Source: a candidate division WWE3 bacterium RIFCSPHIGHO2_02_FULL_38_14 (GTDB taxonomy: Bacteria > Patescibacteriota > WWE3 > UBA101185 > UBA10185). Taken from it: DNA of 52,713 nt. Below the pieces are notes generated by a model that saw only the letters and a program-made list of their open reading frames with translations, was not told the origin of the DNA and did no database searches. Shown here one piece after another: positions 1 through 9,195 of this stretch. Made by a program: the position numbers and the translations under genes. The DNA is taken from positions 1-52,713 of the forward strand of contig MEVD01000021.1 of the NCBI GenBank assembly GCA_001772865.1. The letters run 5' to 3'. The stretch's first letter is position 1. Each line of letters begins with the position of its first letter.

Positions 1-128
1 TCAATAACCTGGAGCTACTGGAAAAAACAAAAACGGCCGCTCAGAAAATATTCTCCGAACTTGACAACTATCCTAAATTAAAGGATAAGTTACATGAATT
101 CCAAATCAGCCAGGTGGAAAAGAATTAA
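1..128 (+). CDS. 3' end of upstream gene, probably ATP-dependent DNA helicase RecG (partial)
   Basis: Manual translation from nt 3: NNLELLEKTKTAAQKIFSELDNYPKLKDKLHEFQISQVEKN*; resembles RecG C-terminal tail, and recG-rsmD adjacency is common; only 41 codons visible. Confidence 0.45.
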   Translation, partial: NNLELLEKTKTAAQKIFSELDNYPKLKDKLHEFQISQVEKN

Positions 129-145
129 ATCAGAAAAAAGCATTT

Positions 146-709
146 ATGAAACCAATTAGAGTAACCAGCGGAACCGCAAAAAATACTAAACTGAACACCC
201 CTCAAACCGAAGGATTTAGAGCGGTTCAGGACATAGTTAAACAATCAGTATTTTCCATTTTGGGAGATAAAGTTAAAGATGCCGTCTGTCTGGATCTTTA
301 TGCCGGCAGTGGAAGCCTGGGTATTGAAGCATTAAGTAGAGGAGCCAAGTGGTGTGATTTTGTCGACAAGGATTACGATGCTAAAAGAGTTATCCTGGAA
401 AATCTGGCCAAGTGCAAGTTTGAAGGCAATTATGAAGTGTTTATGAAAAGCGCTGTAAAATTTGTAGAAAAAGCAGCCGGTACGGATCGGCTCGCAAAAT
501 ATGATCTGGTATTTCTGGATCCGTTTTACGAAAACACCTATCACAAACACCTTATTAAACTTTCGGAAAATATATTAAACCGCGGTGGGTTAATTATATT
601 TATGCACGGCGAAAACCTGGATATGAAAAAACTACTCGCGGACACAAAAATTAAAATTATTACCCAAAGAAAATTCGGAAAAAGCTATTTTGATATTCTC
701 TCACTATAA
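146..709 (+). CDS. rsmD: 16S rRNA m2G966 methyltransferase RsmD family
   Basis: LDLYAGSGSLGIEALSRGA SAM-binding motif and LDPFY (DPPY-like) motif. Confidence 0.9.
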   Translation: MKPIRVTSGTAKNTKLNTPQTEGFRAVQDIVKQSVFSILGDKVKDAVCLDLYAGSGSLGIEALSRGAKWCDFVDKDYDAKRVILENLAKCKFEGNYEVFMKSAVKFVEKAAGTDRLAKYDLVFLDPFYENTYHKHLIKLSENILNRGGLIIFMHGENLDMKKLLADTKIKIITQRKFGKSYFDILSL

Positions 710-711
710 TG

Positions 712-1368
712 CTAGCTATATCTTTCTTCCATCCACGGATCAGCATGATTATTATATCCTCTGACTTCCCAAAACCCCGGTTCGTCTTTAACAACAAATT
801 TAATTGCGTTTAAAAACTTCGCGGATTTCCAGCCGTAAAGCTGGGGAACTATCATCCTAACCGGCCCGCCGTGCATTAAATGTATTGGCTGACCTTCCAG
901 TTCATAAGCCACAATCACATCATCTTTTAGCGCTTCTTCCATTGTAATGTTCGTGGAATAGCCTTCCCTCGACTCAAAAATTACATGCATAACCCCTGCC
1001 TTCGGCTTTGCCAGAGATAATATTTCCTTAAAAGGCACCCCCTTCCAAGTTACATCGTATTTAGTCCACCTGGTAACGCAGTGAAAATCTCTCTTTATCT
1101 CCTGCGACGGCAACGATAAAAACTGCCGTGAATCAAGCACAGCAGGATTTTCAATTTCTCCGCTCAGTTTAAGATTAAAATCAGCCAGTTCCAAAGGCGG
1201 CCTAACACCTAAGTCCAGTATTGGAAACTGCTGGGTCAAATACTGCCCGGGCGGCAACCTGTCGTGAGAATCTGCGTCCTTTCTACCTGTTAAGCCGAAT
1301 TTCTTTGATGCCTGCTGAAGCTTTGCATTTAAATACCCTTGGTTGTAATTCTGACTTATAACATCCAT
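712..1368 (-). CDS. Sulfite oxidase-like molybdopterin-dependent oxidoreductase (YuiH/MsrP-like, no signal peptide)
   Basis: RLPPGQ, DFHCVTRW (Mo-ligating Cys), HGGPVRMIVPQLYGWKSAKFL, PGFWEVRGY motifs. Confidence 0.88.
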   Translation of the reverse strand: MDVISQNYNQGYLNAKLQQASKKFGLTGRKDADSHDRLPPGQYLTQQFPILDLGVRPPLELADFNLKLSGEIENPAVLDSRQFLSLPSQEIKRDFHCVTRWTKYDVTWKGVPFKEILSLAKPKAGVMHVIFESREGYSTNITMEEALKDDVIVAYELEGQPIHLMHGGPVRMIVPQLYGWKSAKFLNAIKFVVKDEPGFWEVRGYNNHADPWMEERYS

Positions 1369-1447
1369 ATAAAATATTTTAAATCAAAATTGCTGATTTA
1401 ACTAAAAATAACATCTATAATAAATACACTCAATCAAGGAGGGGACG

Positions 1448-1615
1448 ATGATCACAACAGTCTACATCATAACGCGGATTCTACCAACGCGTCGCCGGCT
1501 CGAGGCCGCAGGGGTGCAGCCAAACCCCTATTTGCTTCAGCAAGCAAAAATTGCTGCAGTGTTCGAATTACTTTTTGAAGTAGTTGGGGTCGCTTTTCTA
1601 TTTTTCGGATCTTAG
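1448..1615 (+). CDS. Small orphan protein, 55 aa, hydrophobic C-terminus (not in ORF track)
   Basis: AAGGAGGGG SD before ATG 1448; MITTVYIITRILPTRRRLEAAGVQPNPYLLQQAKIAAVFELLFEVVGVAFLFFGS*; TATAAT at 1416-1421; inverted repeat downstream. Confidence 0.5.
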   Translation: MITTVYIITRILPTRRRLEAAGVQPNPYLLQQAKIAAVFELLFEVVGVAFLFFGS

Positions 1616-1632
1616 CATCCTCGCCTACTACA

Positions 1633-1664
1633 GCTCACGGTGTATACTTTCTTTCACCGTGAGC
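1633..1664. terminator. 10-bp inverted repeat after small ORF
   Basis: GCTCACGGTG-N12-CACCGTGAGC; weak U tract. Confidence 0.5.
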
Positions 1665-1707
1665 ATTCTTTAATGGCTCTTGATATTACAACTGTAAAGT
1701 TTCAAAT

Positions 1708-1737
1708 TTGACAAAACACCGGATAAACCCCTATATT
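1708..1737 (+). promoter_or_regulatory. sigma70-type promoter for rpmF-nusB operon
   Basis: TTGACA-N18-TATATT. Confidence 0.5.
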
Positions 1738-1847
1738 ACCAAAGTGAAAAATCCGCTGTGCAAAGCATAGCGTCTTTTTCCTTTTAGACAAAATAGCCTA
1801 AAAGTCAAAACATTGCTTTTGACTAAATTTTAAGGATAATTATTTAT

Positions 1848-1994
1848 ATGGCAGTACCAAAAAGGCGTCACAGCAAAAGCAGAACCAGACAGAAAAGAAA
1901 TGCTCACTACAAAAAATCAGCCGTGATAGTAGTGAAAACAAAAGACGGTAAAGCATACAAAAGACCTCACGTTGACGAGAGGGTAGAACTTTAA
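1848..1994 (+). CDS. rpmF: 50S ribosomal protein L32 (48 aa, Cys-free; not in ORF track)
   Basis: MAVPKRRHSKSRTRQKRNAHYKKSAVIVVKTKDGKAYKRPHVDERVEL*; MAVPKR..SKSR and RPH signatures. Confidence 0.92.
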   Translation: MAVPKRRHSKSRTRQKRNAHYKKSAVIVVKTKDGKAYKRPHVDERVEL

Positions 1995-2042
1995 ATCTAA
2001 ATCTTGCACTTTAATATATGGAAAGGAGATTAATTGTAGAAG

Positions 2043-2510
2043 ATGAAAGCAAAAACTGACCCAAGGCACGTTGCAAGAAAATTGGCTTTATGTTCGGTTT
2101 TCTGCTGGCTTTTTTCCGACCCCGACCACGAAGAATGCATGAGATTGTCAAGCAATTTGCTGGATCTTGAACCCGGTGATGCGGATCTGGATTTAACAAA
2201 CAAAATTGTTGAAGGAGTAACCAACAATTTAAAGGCAATTGACAGCATAATTCAAAAAGCCGCTCCTGAGTGGCCAATTGACAAAATCTCGAAAATTGAC
2301 TTAGTGGTATTAAGAATAGCGATATTCGAAATAGTTTTCGGAAAAAGCGTTCCCGAAAAAGTAGCAATAGATGAGGCAGTGGAACTGGCAAAAGAATTCG
2401 GAAACGATACTTCCAGCAAATTTGTAAACGGTGTGCTGGGAAGTGTAGTATCCACTCTCAAAGAGAGAGAAAAAGGATCCGAAAGCATAACAATCAATTC
2501 ATTAATTTAG
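2043..2510 (+). CDS. nusB: Transcription antitermination factor NusB
   Basis: WPIDKISKIDLVVLRIA, VAIDEAVELAKEFG, FVNGVLG motifs. Confidence 0.95.
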   Translation: MKAKTDPRHVARKLALCSVFCWLFSDPDHEECMRLSSNLLDLEPGDADLDLTNKIVEGVTNNLKAIDSIIQKAAPEWPIDKISKIDLVVLRIAIFEIVFGKSVPEKVAIDEAVELAKEFGNDTSSKFVNGVLGSVVSTLKEREKGSESITINSLI

Positions 2511-2533
2511 GGCAGCCCACTAAAATATAAAAA

Positions 2534-2767
2534 ATGACAAATTTTTTGAACAAAGTTAAAAAAATAATAGAAGAAAAAACCGGAATAGATCCGTCGGAAA
2601 TAACTTTAGAATCTTATTTTGAGGATGATTTGAATATAAGCGAAATGGAGCTAATGGAAATTCTGGAGGAACTGGATGAGTTATTTAATTTGGATTTAAC
2701 TTCGGAAAAAGAAAATTTAGAAACAGTAGGCGATTTAATCGAACTCCTGGAAGAACATCTTGATTAA
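2534..2767 (+). CDS. acpP: Acyl carrier protein-like, atypical phosphopantetheine site
   Basis: 77 aa acidic; ITLESYFEDDL...ETVGDLI pattern; upstream of rnc; DSL motif degenerate. Confidence 0.75.
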   Translation: MTNFLNKVKKIIEEKTGIDPSEITLESYFEDDLNISEMELMEILEELDELFNLDLTSEKENLETVGDLIELLEEHLD

Positions 2768-2778
2768 ACGGGCGGCAT

Positions 2779-3474
2779 ATGGAATTTGATACCGATAAAT
2801 TAGAAAAAATTTTAAAAACAGCTATAAAAGACACTCTGCTTTTTATCACCGCTTTTACACACAGATCATATCTCAACGAACACCCGGACTACGAAAATAA
2901 TTCAAATGAAAGGCTGGAATTTTTGGGCGACGCTGTTTTGCAGCTACTTTCTTCCGAATTTTTATATAACAGATTTCCGGAATCACCTGAAGGCGATTTA
3001 ACAAACTACCGAGCTTCAATAGTATGCACACCGTCCCTCGCAGAAGAGTCCAAAAGACTAAAATACGGGGAATTCCTACTGTTATCCAATGGTGAAGAAG
3101 CTACGGGAGGAAGGAACAGGGAGTATATTCTGGCCAACACTTTTGAAGCAGTGCTTGGCGCGTTATATCTACAAAACGGGGTGGATTTTTGCAGAGAATT
3201 CGTAAACAGAGAGCTTTTGTACAAAGTCGATGATATAATCAAAAAAGAAGCATACAAAGATGCAAAATCCAAGTACCAGGAAATTGCTCAGGAAAAGTTC
3301 GGAATAACCCCCACGTATGAGGTAATTGATTCCTGGGGGCTGGATCATGATAAAACATTTAAAGTAGGGGTATATTTAGGAAAAGACCTGAAAGCTGTAG
3401 GAGAAGGGAGAAGCAAGCAGAAAGCGGAGCAAAATGCCGCAACCGCCGCATTGGACAACTTTAAAACCCTTTGA
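2779..3474 (+). CDS. rnc: Ribonuclease III
   Basis: AFTHRSY, NERLEFLGDAVL signature, C-terminal dsRBD. Confidence 0.97.
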   Translation: MEFDTDKLEKILKTAIKDTLLFITAFTHRSYLNEHPDYENNSNERLEFLGDAVLQLLSSEFLYNRFPESPEGDLTNYRASIVCTPSLAEESKRLKYGEFLLLSNGEEATGGRNREYILANTFEAVLGALYLQNGVDFCREFVNRELLYKVDDIIKKEAYKDAKSKYQEIAQEKFGITPTYEVIDSWGLDHDKTFKVGVYLGKDLKAVGEGRSKQKAEQNAATAALDNFKTL

Positions 3475-3503
3475 TACAATGCCTTGCGCAAAGGTTTAAA
3501 TTT

Positions 3504-3794
3504 ATGTCAGTATCAATTAGATTAGCAAAATTCGGAAAAAAGAACGCTCCCACATACAAAGTTGTAGTTGCAAATACAAAAGATAAAAGGAACGGAAGAT
3601 TTATTGAAGTTTTGGGGTTTTACAATCCCCATCAAAAAACCGATTCCTTTTCGGTGAATAAACAAAAATATGAGGAATGGCAGAAAAAAGGAGCCCTTAC
3701 AACCCCGGCAGTAGAAAAACTCGTTTCCGGCAAATATAACTATACTAAATACAATCCCAAGGCAAAAAAAGTTGAAGCCTCCACAGAGGTTTAA
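3504..3794 (+). CDS. rpsP: 30S ribosomal protein S16
   Basis: MSVSIRLAKFGKKNAPTYKVVVA...GRFIEVLGFYNP; start moved to ATG 3504. Confidence 0.95.
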   Translation: MSVSIRLAKFGKKNAPTYKVVVANTKDKRNGRFIEVLGFYNPHQKTDSFSVNKQKYEEWQKKGALTTPAVEKLVSGKYNYTKYNPKAKKVEASTEV

Positions 3795-3821
3795 ACAGAA
3801 GATAAAATAAAAGAAATTAAA

Positions 3822-4067
3822 ATGAAAGAATTTATAGAATATTTAGTAAAACAGTTAGTTAATAAACCCGATGAAGTTGAAGTTGATGAAACCGCAGATA
3901 ACGGATCTTTTGCATACAAAATAAAAGTAGCCAACGAGGATATGGGTATAGTAATAGGCAAAGAAGGCAAGAACATAAAAAGCATCAGAAACCTGGCTAA
4001 ATCAAAAGCGATTAAAGAGAACATAAGAATAAACATAGAGCTGCTGGAAACGTCCGAAGTTATGTAA
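3822..4067 (+). CDS. khpA: KH-domain RNA-binding protein KhpA
   Basis: DMGIVIGKEGKNIKSIR KH motif; position after rpsP. Confidence 0.9.
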   Translation: MKEFIEYLVKQLVNKPDEVEVDETADNGSFAYKIKVANEDMGIVIGKEGKNIKSIRNLAKSKAIKENIRINIELLETSEVM

Positions 4068-4091
4068 ATTTCCGCAGTGGCAGGCAAAAAA

Positions 4092-4781
4092 ATGCTCAAA
4101 TTCGAAATTATCACCCTTTTTCCCGAACTATTTAAAGAACATTTAAATAATATGCCTTTTAAAAGAGCGTTCAAAAAAAATCTGGCTGAAATTAAATTAC
4201 ATAACTTGCGCGATTATGCCATAGATAAAAGAGGTACAGTTGACGGAACCACATACGGTGGCGGAGTAGGTATGATTTTAATGGTCGAGCCTATTTATAA
4301 AGCTTTAAAAACAGTTATGAATTATACAGACGAGCAGATGAAAAACTTTAAGCAAAATGCTGGAGCGGAAAAAACACGTGTAATACTGCTTTCGCCGAAC
4401 GGTGTTAAATTCAACCAAAGCGTAGCCGAAAAATTAAGCGGATTATCTAAAATAGTTTTAATATGCGGCCGGTACGAAGGAGTAGACGCCCGGATTCAGG
4501 AATATTTCTGCACCGACACCGTATCAATAGGAGATTATGTACTTTCGGGCGGGGAAATTCCCGCACTGGCTATTATGGAGGCCGTTGTAAGGCTGATTCC
4601 CGGCACAATTTTAAAGGAAGAAGCCACAAAAATAGAATCATTTGCAGATGGAAAACTGGAATATCCTCAATATTCTAAACCCGAAAATTTTATGGGACTT
4701 AAAGTACCCGAAATATTGTTAACAGGCAACCATCGGAAAATAGAAGAGTGGAGAAGGGTGAATTCACGTAAAACCCAGTAA
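4092..4781 (+). CDS. trmD: tRNA (guanine37-N1)-methyltransferase
   Basis: ITLFPE, YGGGVGM, LICGRYEGVDARI, SIGDYVLSGGE, LEYPQY. Confidence 0.97.
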   Translation: MLKFEIITLFPELFKEHLNNMPFKRAFKKNLAEIKLHNLRDYAIDKRGTVDGTTYGGGVGMILMVEPIYKALKTVMNYTDEQMKNFKQNAGAEKTRVILLSPNGVKFNQSVAEKLSGLSKIVLICGRYEGVDARIQEYFCTDTVSIGDYVLSGGEIPALAIMEAVVRLIPGTILKEEATKIESFADGKLEYPQYSKPENFMGLKVPEILLTGNHRKIEEWRRVNSRKTQ

Positions 4782-4813
4782 CCTAAATATTTAAAAAATT
4801 TAATTGAGGGATA

Positions 4814-5602
4814 TTATTGAACCGGAGGGGTTTCTTCGGACGGGGTGCTTTCTTCTGCAACGGGCTTTGACAAGAATTTATTTATTTCTTCCAAAGTCGG
4901 TCTGTAAAATTTATATTTTTTAACTTCGCTCACAGTATTTAAAAACTCTTTATCGTTTATATCCAAATCCACCGGATCGTCCGTTACGGCGTTAGATTGA
5001 ACATACAAGTAAGGCGAGGTTATTACTATAGAAAATCCTAATGCTCCCAAGGTATCAGGATCCTGCGACTGTTCATACCTGAAGGTTTTGATCTGAACTA
5101 TTCTAGCGGCGTTTTCCAAGGACTTGAAAAAATTAATCAATTGGTCATGGCTTCCCAGAGCCGAAAGCACAACAGTAACATTTAACACCTTTTGAGTTTT
5201 GGCTGCCTCTTTGTTTTTCTCATCGCTTTCAGTTATTGAATAGCTGAGTTTATTTAATGTCAGGCCGTTCTCTCTGGCAATAATATCTATTTGTGTAAGC
5301 AGCTGTGGGACCTGAGGCTCCGAAACCAAAGTATCCGAAATCAGTTTTTCATCTTCATCTACCGCGCTTTTAAAATCCACCAGCTTCTTTAAATTTCTGA
5401 TTTTGGATTCAAGTTGAACGCTCAAGGTCTCTTTTCTCTGCAAATCATCTTTCAGCGTCGGTAATTCCGTATATGCGGGATAAATTATTGATACAAATAG
5501 AACTACAGTTATCCCCAAGCATATTATAGGCACTACAAAATTTACTAAAGCGTGCTTTAAGTTATTCAAATCACTTTTTATGTCTTTTTTATCGTCGCTC
5601 AT
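4814..5602 (-). CDS. pilO: Type IV pilus assembly protein PilO-like
   Basis: N-terminal TM, coiled coil, VPQLLTQI...G.HDQLINFFKSLENAARIV; follows pilM-pilN. Confidence 0.8.
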   Translation of the reverse strand: MSDDKKDIKSDLNNLKHALVNFVVPIICLGITVVLFVSIIYPAYTELPTLKDDLQRKETLSVQLESKIRNLKKLVDFKSAVDEDEKLISDTLVSEPQVPQLLTQIDIIARENGLTLNKLSYSITESDEKNKEAAKTQKVLNVTVVLSALGSHDQLINFFKSLENAARIVQIKTFRYEQSQDPDTLGALGFSIVITSPYLYVQSNAVTDDPVDLDINDKEFLNTVSEVKKYKFYRPTLEEINKFLSKPVAEESTPSEETPPVQ

Positions 5603-5604
5603 AT

Positions 5605-6189
5605 TTATTTAACAGCCAGCTTATCCAATCTAAATGACACGTTCATAAAATACGATGCCCTGTTGGTTTTGCTCTCTAAATTAACTGAATTTAGGACCAC
5701 ATCACTGAAGAGATTTTCCAGTCCTTCATGTCCACCTTCAAAATTTTCATCGGTCAAATCATTAATAAATTGTGCAACTGCAAGGTAATTATCTCCCGAA
5801 CCCGAAATTGTTATTGAGCTGGTGGCTGTAATAGTCAAATCGTCAATTTTAATTGTAGAGGGAGTTCTGGTTCGCAGCTCCTCCAGCAAAAGCGAATAAT
5901 TAAATTTTGTATCAAAAATCGTATTTAAAGCTTTATATTTCGCAAACAAGTTTCTGGCTACAATTTCTATGTCAGACATTCTTTTAATCTGAGCTCTGCT
6001 GTCTTCAATCTCGGCTTCTTTAGTCGCAATACTTTTTTGCACTTCGGATTTTGAATTAAAAAAATACGCAGCTACAGCACCCGCAACCAAAAGCAGAAGT
6101 ACTGATAAAATCGTGCTGACTTTTACAAGCTTTTCTTTTTCCTGTTCCTGTTTTTCTTCGTGCGGTATAAGGTTGATGCTTTGGGCCAT
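5605..6189 (-). CDS. pilN: Type IV pilus assembly protein PilN
   Basis: N-terminal INLIP motif, TM helix, coiled coil, ITISG..NYLAVAQFI. Confidence 0.85.
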   Translation of the reverse strand: MAQSINLIPHEEKQEQEKEKLVKVSTILSVLLLLVAGAVAAYFFNSKSEVQKSIATKEAEIEDSRAQIKRMSDIEIVARNLFAKYKALNTIFDTKFNYSLLLEELRTRTPSTIKIDDLTITATSSITISGSGDNYLAVAQFINDLTDENFEGGHEGLENLFSDVVLNSVNLESKTNRASYFMNVSFRLDKLAVK

Positions 6190-6190
6190 A

Positions 6191-7222
6191 CTATACCTCT
6201 TTCATTGCCAGACCCACAGAAGTGGAAAAGATGGGGCCGTGCTCATATAAATAATCTTTTTTAGCTTCATATTTACTTGAAATCAGGATATTTCTCCACG
6301 GGTTGGCTAACTCAACTTCGGAGTCTAAATTAGTTGCCATGTAAAACAAAATTCCGGGCATAAGGGCAGTTCCTCCGCATAATATTACTCTATTTATATT
6401 AACGTTGGGGTTATGTGTTGTAAAGAATATTTTTGACCTTTTCACTTCCATTACAACGTTATCAAAGATAGGCTTAAGAATATTAAATATTTTGCCCTCT
6501 GCGTGGTTGGGATCCAAACCATAAGCTTTTTTATACTCTTCTGCCTGGTTGTAATCTAAGCTTAATGCTTGTTGAATAGACCTGGTAAGTACATCCCCAC
6601 CGAATGGAATGCTCCTGGTAAATCTTACAAAACCTCTATATGTAATTATAATAAGAGAACTACTGACTCCTATATCTATAATAATGCTTGCAGACGGCCT
6701 TTCTTCGCTGTCTCCCAAAACCCTACCTACCGAAAGCGCTTCGGGTTCCATTCCTTTAGGCATTAAATGAGCCATTTTTAATATTTCAACGTATTTCTCC
6801 AGAATAGACTTTTTTGCTGCCACTATCAAAACATTTATTTTGTTTTTGTCATCAAGATCGGGATCTATTTTTTGGTGCGACAGATTAACTTCTTTGAGAG
6901 GCATTGGAATATATTGTTCTGCTTCAAATCTAATGGAATTATCCAAATCTTTATCGCTCATCATAGGCATTTTAATTACTCTCATAAATACCTGATGTTC
7001 GGGTAGGGCAACAACTACGTTTTGAGTTGTAAATCCTGTTTCACTAAAAAACTCCTTAACCGCATTAGCGTAATTTGCCAAATCCTCTTTATTATCACCT
7101 TCAATATTTATTTTTGGATTTTCATATATCCCGAACCGCAATAAAGTAATTTTCCCTTTATTGTTCTCTAATTCCACCGCTCTAAAATTGTTTTTTCCAA
7201 GATCCAACCCTATTATAGGCAT
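6191..7222 (-). CDS. pilM: Type IV pilus assembly protein PilM
   Basis: IGLDLG, EAEQYIP, IIDIG, LCGGTA, ANPW actin-like motifs. Confidence 0.93.
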   Translation of the reverse strand: MPIIGLDLGKNNFRAVELENNKGKITLLRFGIYENPKINIEGDNKEDLANYANAVKEFFSETGFTTQNVVVALPEHQVFMRVIKMPMMSDKDLDNSIRFEAEQYIPMPLKEVNLSHQKIDPDLDDKNKINVLIVAAKKSILEKYVEILKMAHLMPKGMEPEALSVGRVLGDSEERPSASIIIDIGVSSSLIIITYRGFVRFTRSIPFGGDVLTRSIQQALSLDYNQAEEYKKAYGLDPNHAEGKIFNILKPIFDNVVMEVKRSKIFFTTHNPNVNINRVILCGGTALMPGILFYMATNLDSEVELANPWRNILISSKYEAKKDYLYEHGPIFSTSVGLAMKEV

Positions 7223-7262
7223 GAATAAATGTTACCTTATTAATAAATTATTAACAACACGC

Positions 7263-8066
7263 TCAGTTAGATAACGCATCGGTGGCTGACTTTTGATAAA
7301 TAGCATAGTCAAACTGCGTGGGCATTTGGTATAAAGTTTTTAATACCTCGATTTTTCTTACCTGCTCTGAGACAGTACCTTCCGAAGATATTAATATACC
7401 CTGCGAAGGAATCGTCGCACCCAGATCCGGAACTATGCTTAAAGTAACATCGTTATAAATTGATTTCACTCTTAAAATATCCGGAGACACGTTGCCTGAC
7501 ACGTCAAAGCAGTTTTGATAACCCAGTTGTGCAGTCGCCTCGGAAAATCCGTTATCCGAATGTGAAGATCCTACGGAATTATAAGAATAAGCATCCCCGC
7601 TGTAGTTTCCGGAACTTCCGTAAACAAATAGTGCCGTCACTGAAGGCAGATCTCCTCCTAAACTATTCCAGCATACTGTGAGTGAAGTATTATCAGGATA
7701 TCCGCTCAAACTAACTTCACTGGTGTTATCTTTATTCAGGAACAAACTGTAATCGCTGCTGGAATTTCCAAGGTAGCTCAAAGTAACATTAGCCTCAGCA
7801 TTAACACCATCAGAACCGGTTATAAGCAGGTAACAATCTGAGCCGCAGTTTCCGGAATCTATATAATCTTCCAAAGTCTCGGTTGGGAGTAGTAGAATTC
7901 TTTCCACCGCTGCTTCAGCAACGGCAAGCGCTCTCGAAGAAGAGTCGGACTGAGTTATATTTCTCACATTCGTTACATATCTTAATGAAATTGTAACCCC
8001 AAAAATTAAAGCAGCAACAGCCAAAAACACCACTATCAGTAATGTCTGTCCTTTATCATTTAACAC
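7263..8066 (-). CDS. PilX-like minor pilin (copy 2)
   Basis: KG|QTLLIVV leader without Glu5; RALAVAEAAVER; last in FimT-PilV-PilW-PilX order. Confidence 0.75.
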   Translation of the reverse strand: MLNDKGQTLLIVVFLAVAALIFGVTISLRYVTNVRNITQSDSSSRALAVAEAAVERILLLPTETLEDYIDSGNCGSDCYLLITGSDGVNAEANVTLSYLGNSSSDYSLFLNKDNTSEVSLSGYPDNTSLTVCWNSLGGDLPSVTALFVYGSSGNYSGDAYSYNSVGSSHSDNGFSEATAQLGYQNCFDVSGNVSPDILRVKSIYNDVTLSIVPDLGATIPSQGILISSEGTVSEQVRKIEVLKTLYQMPTQFDYAIYQKSATDALSN

Positions 8067-8067
8067 G

Positions 8068-8682
8068 TTAATAAGACCCCCTCACAACCAATGTATTGTC
8101 TAAAACAACATTACCTGTTTGAGAAGCACCGCCTCCTCCTACCTGGGCAAATTCCAAATGAACTTTAACAACATCAGGACCACCTACTGCGCGGGTTATA
8201 GTAAAACAATAATTACCCGGAGCCAGCACATTGCACGTTACATTTACCCCTCCGATACTTGCTGAATTTGTTACCGCTGTATAATTTGAACAATCTAATG
8301 GAATTCCACCGCTAAGCGAAAACCAGCCTCTCTGAAGAACTCCCACTCCGCTAACGGTAACCAATCTATAACAAATTAATCTGGTAGAATCACTATTTAC
8401 AAACCGCAGAACAGTATTTCCTACTCCGTTAGCAACCGGAAATAAAGTATACGAAGCATTTCTAACTTCTTTTTCCAGCTTAAAAGTTACAAAATTAGCA
8501 TTTTGCTCAATTTCATTTTGAACCTGAGTTTTAGTGTAACTGCGAACTAGTGAAGCAATTACATCACCAGTAACCCCAACAGAAATAGCCAACAATGAAA
8601 CTACTAAAAGAAGCTCAATTAAAGTGAAACCATCGGCTTCTTTTTTATAAGGGCTCTTCTTTAAATATTTAAGTTTTATCAT
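8068..8682 (-). CDS. PilW/GspJ-like minor pilin
   Basis: G|FTLIELL prepilin motif; QNANFVTFKLEKEVRNA helix. Confidence 0.8.
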   Translation of the reverse strand: MIKLKYLKKSPYKKEADGFTLIELLLVVSLLAISVGVTGDVIASLVRSYTKTQVQNEIEQNANFVTFKLEKEVRNASYTLFPVANGVGNTVLRFVNSDSTRLICYRLVTVSGVGVLQRGWFSLSGGIPLDCSNYTAVTNSASIGGVNVTCNVLAPGNYCFTITRAVGGPDVVKVHLEFAQVGGGGASQTGNVVLDNTLVVRGSY

Positions 8683-8692
8683 GTCAAAAAAA

Positions 8693-9190
8693 CTACCTCC
8701 AATTAGATAAATCAGTGTAAACGTTAGTCCGTTTTATAACTCCGCCTATCTCCCATCTTGCGGTGACGGAAATTCTAATCACATTATCTGTTGTTGTAAC
8801 AACATCCAGATTAACAGGATCTGAAATTGTTATCGACCTATACAAATTCTCTGCGGGGCGGGTGGCAAAATTAGGATTTGTCTGTTCTTCGCCGCTTGCC
8901 GGAGTCAGTGCAGAGGTTAAATAACATGATGTAGTACAATTAGCGGTTAAAAGACCGCCAACAAATTGAGCCCAGGTGGGGGAGTTATCTCTGTAAGCTC
9001 TTACCCTTTCCAACTCCTCATTCGCCAGTTTCGACCCTCTCAATAATAGTTTGCTTTGAAGAGAGTTTCTTAAGGTAAAAACAGAAAGAGACACTAACGA
9101 TGTAATCACAACAATAGAAATTCCCAAAGCTAATATAACTTCAACTAAACCTATGCCTTTCTCGTAATTTATATTTTTCAATATCTTCAT
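8693..9190 (-). CDS. PilV/GspI-like minor pilin
   Basis: KG|[11 protein letters not shown]; [14 protein letters not shown]; start moved to ATG 9190. Confidence 0.78.
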   Translation of the reverse strand: MKILKNINYEKGIGLVEVILALGISIVVITSLVSLSVFTLRNSLQSKLLLRGSKLANEELERVRAYRDNSPTWAQFVGGLLTANCTTSCYLTSALTPASGEEQTNPNFATRPAENLYRSITISDPVNLDVVTTTDNVIRISVTARWEIGGVIKRTNVYTDLSNWR

Positions 9191-9195
9191 GTATA

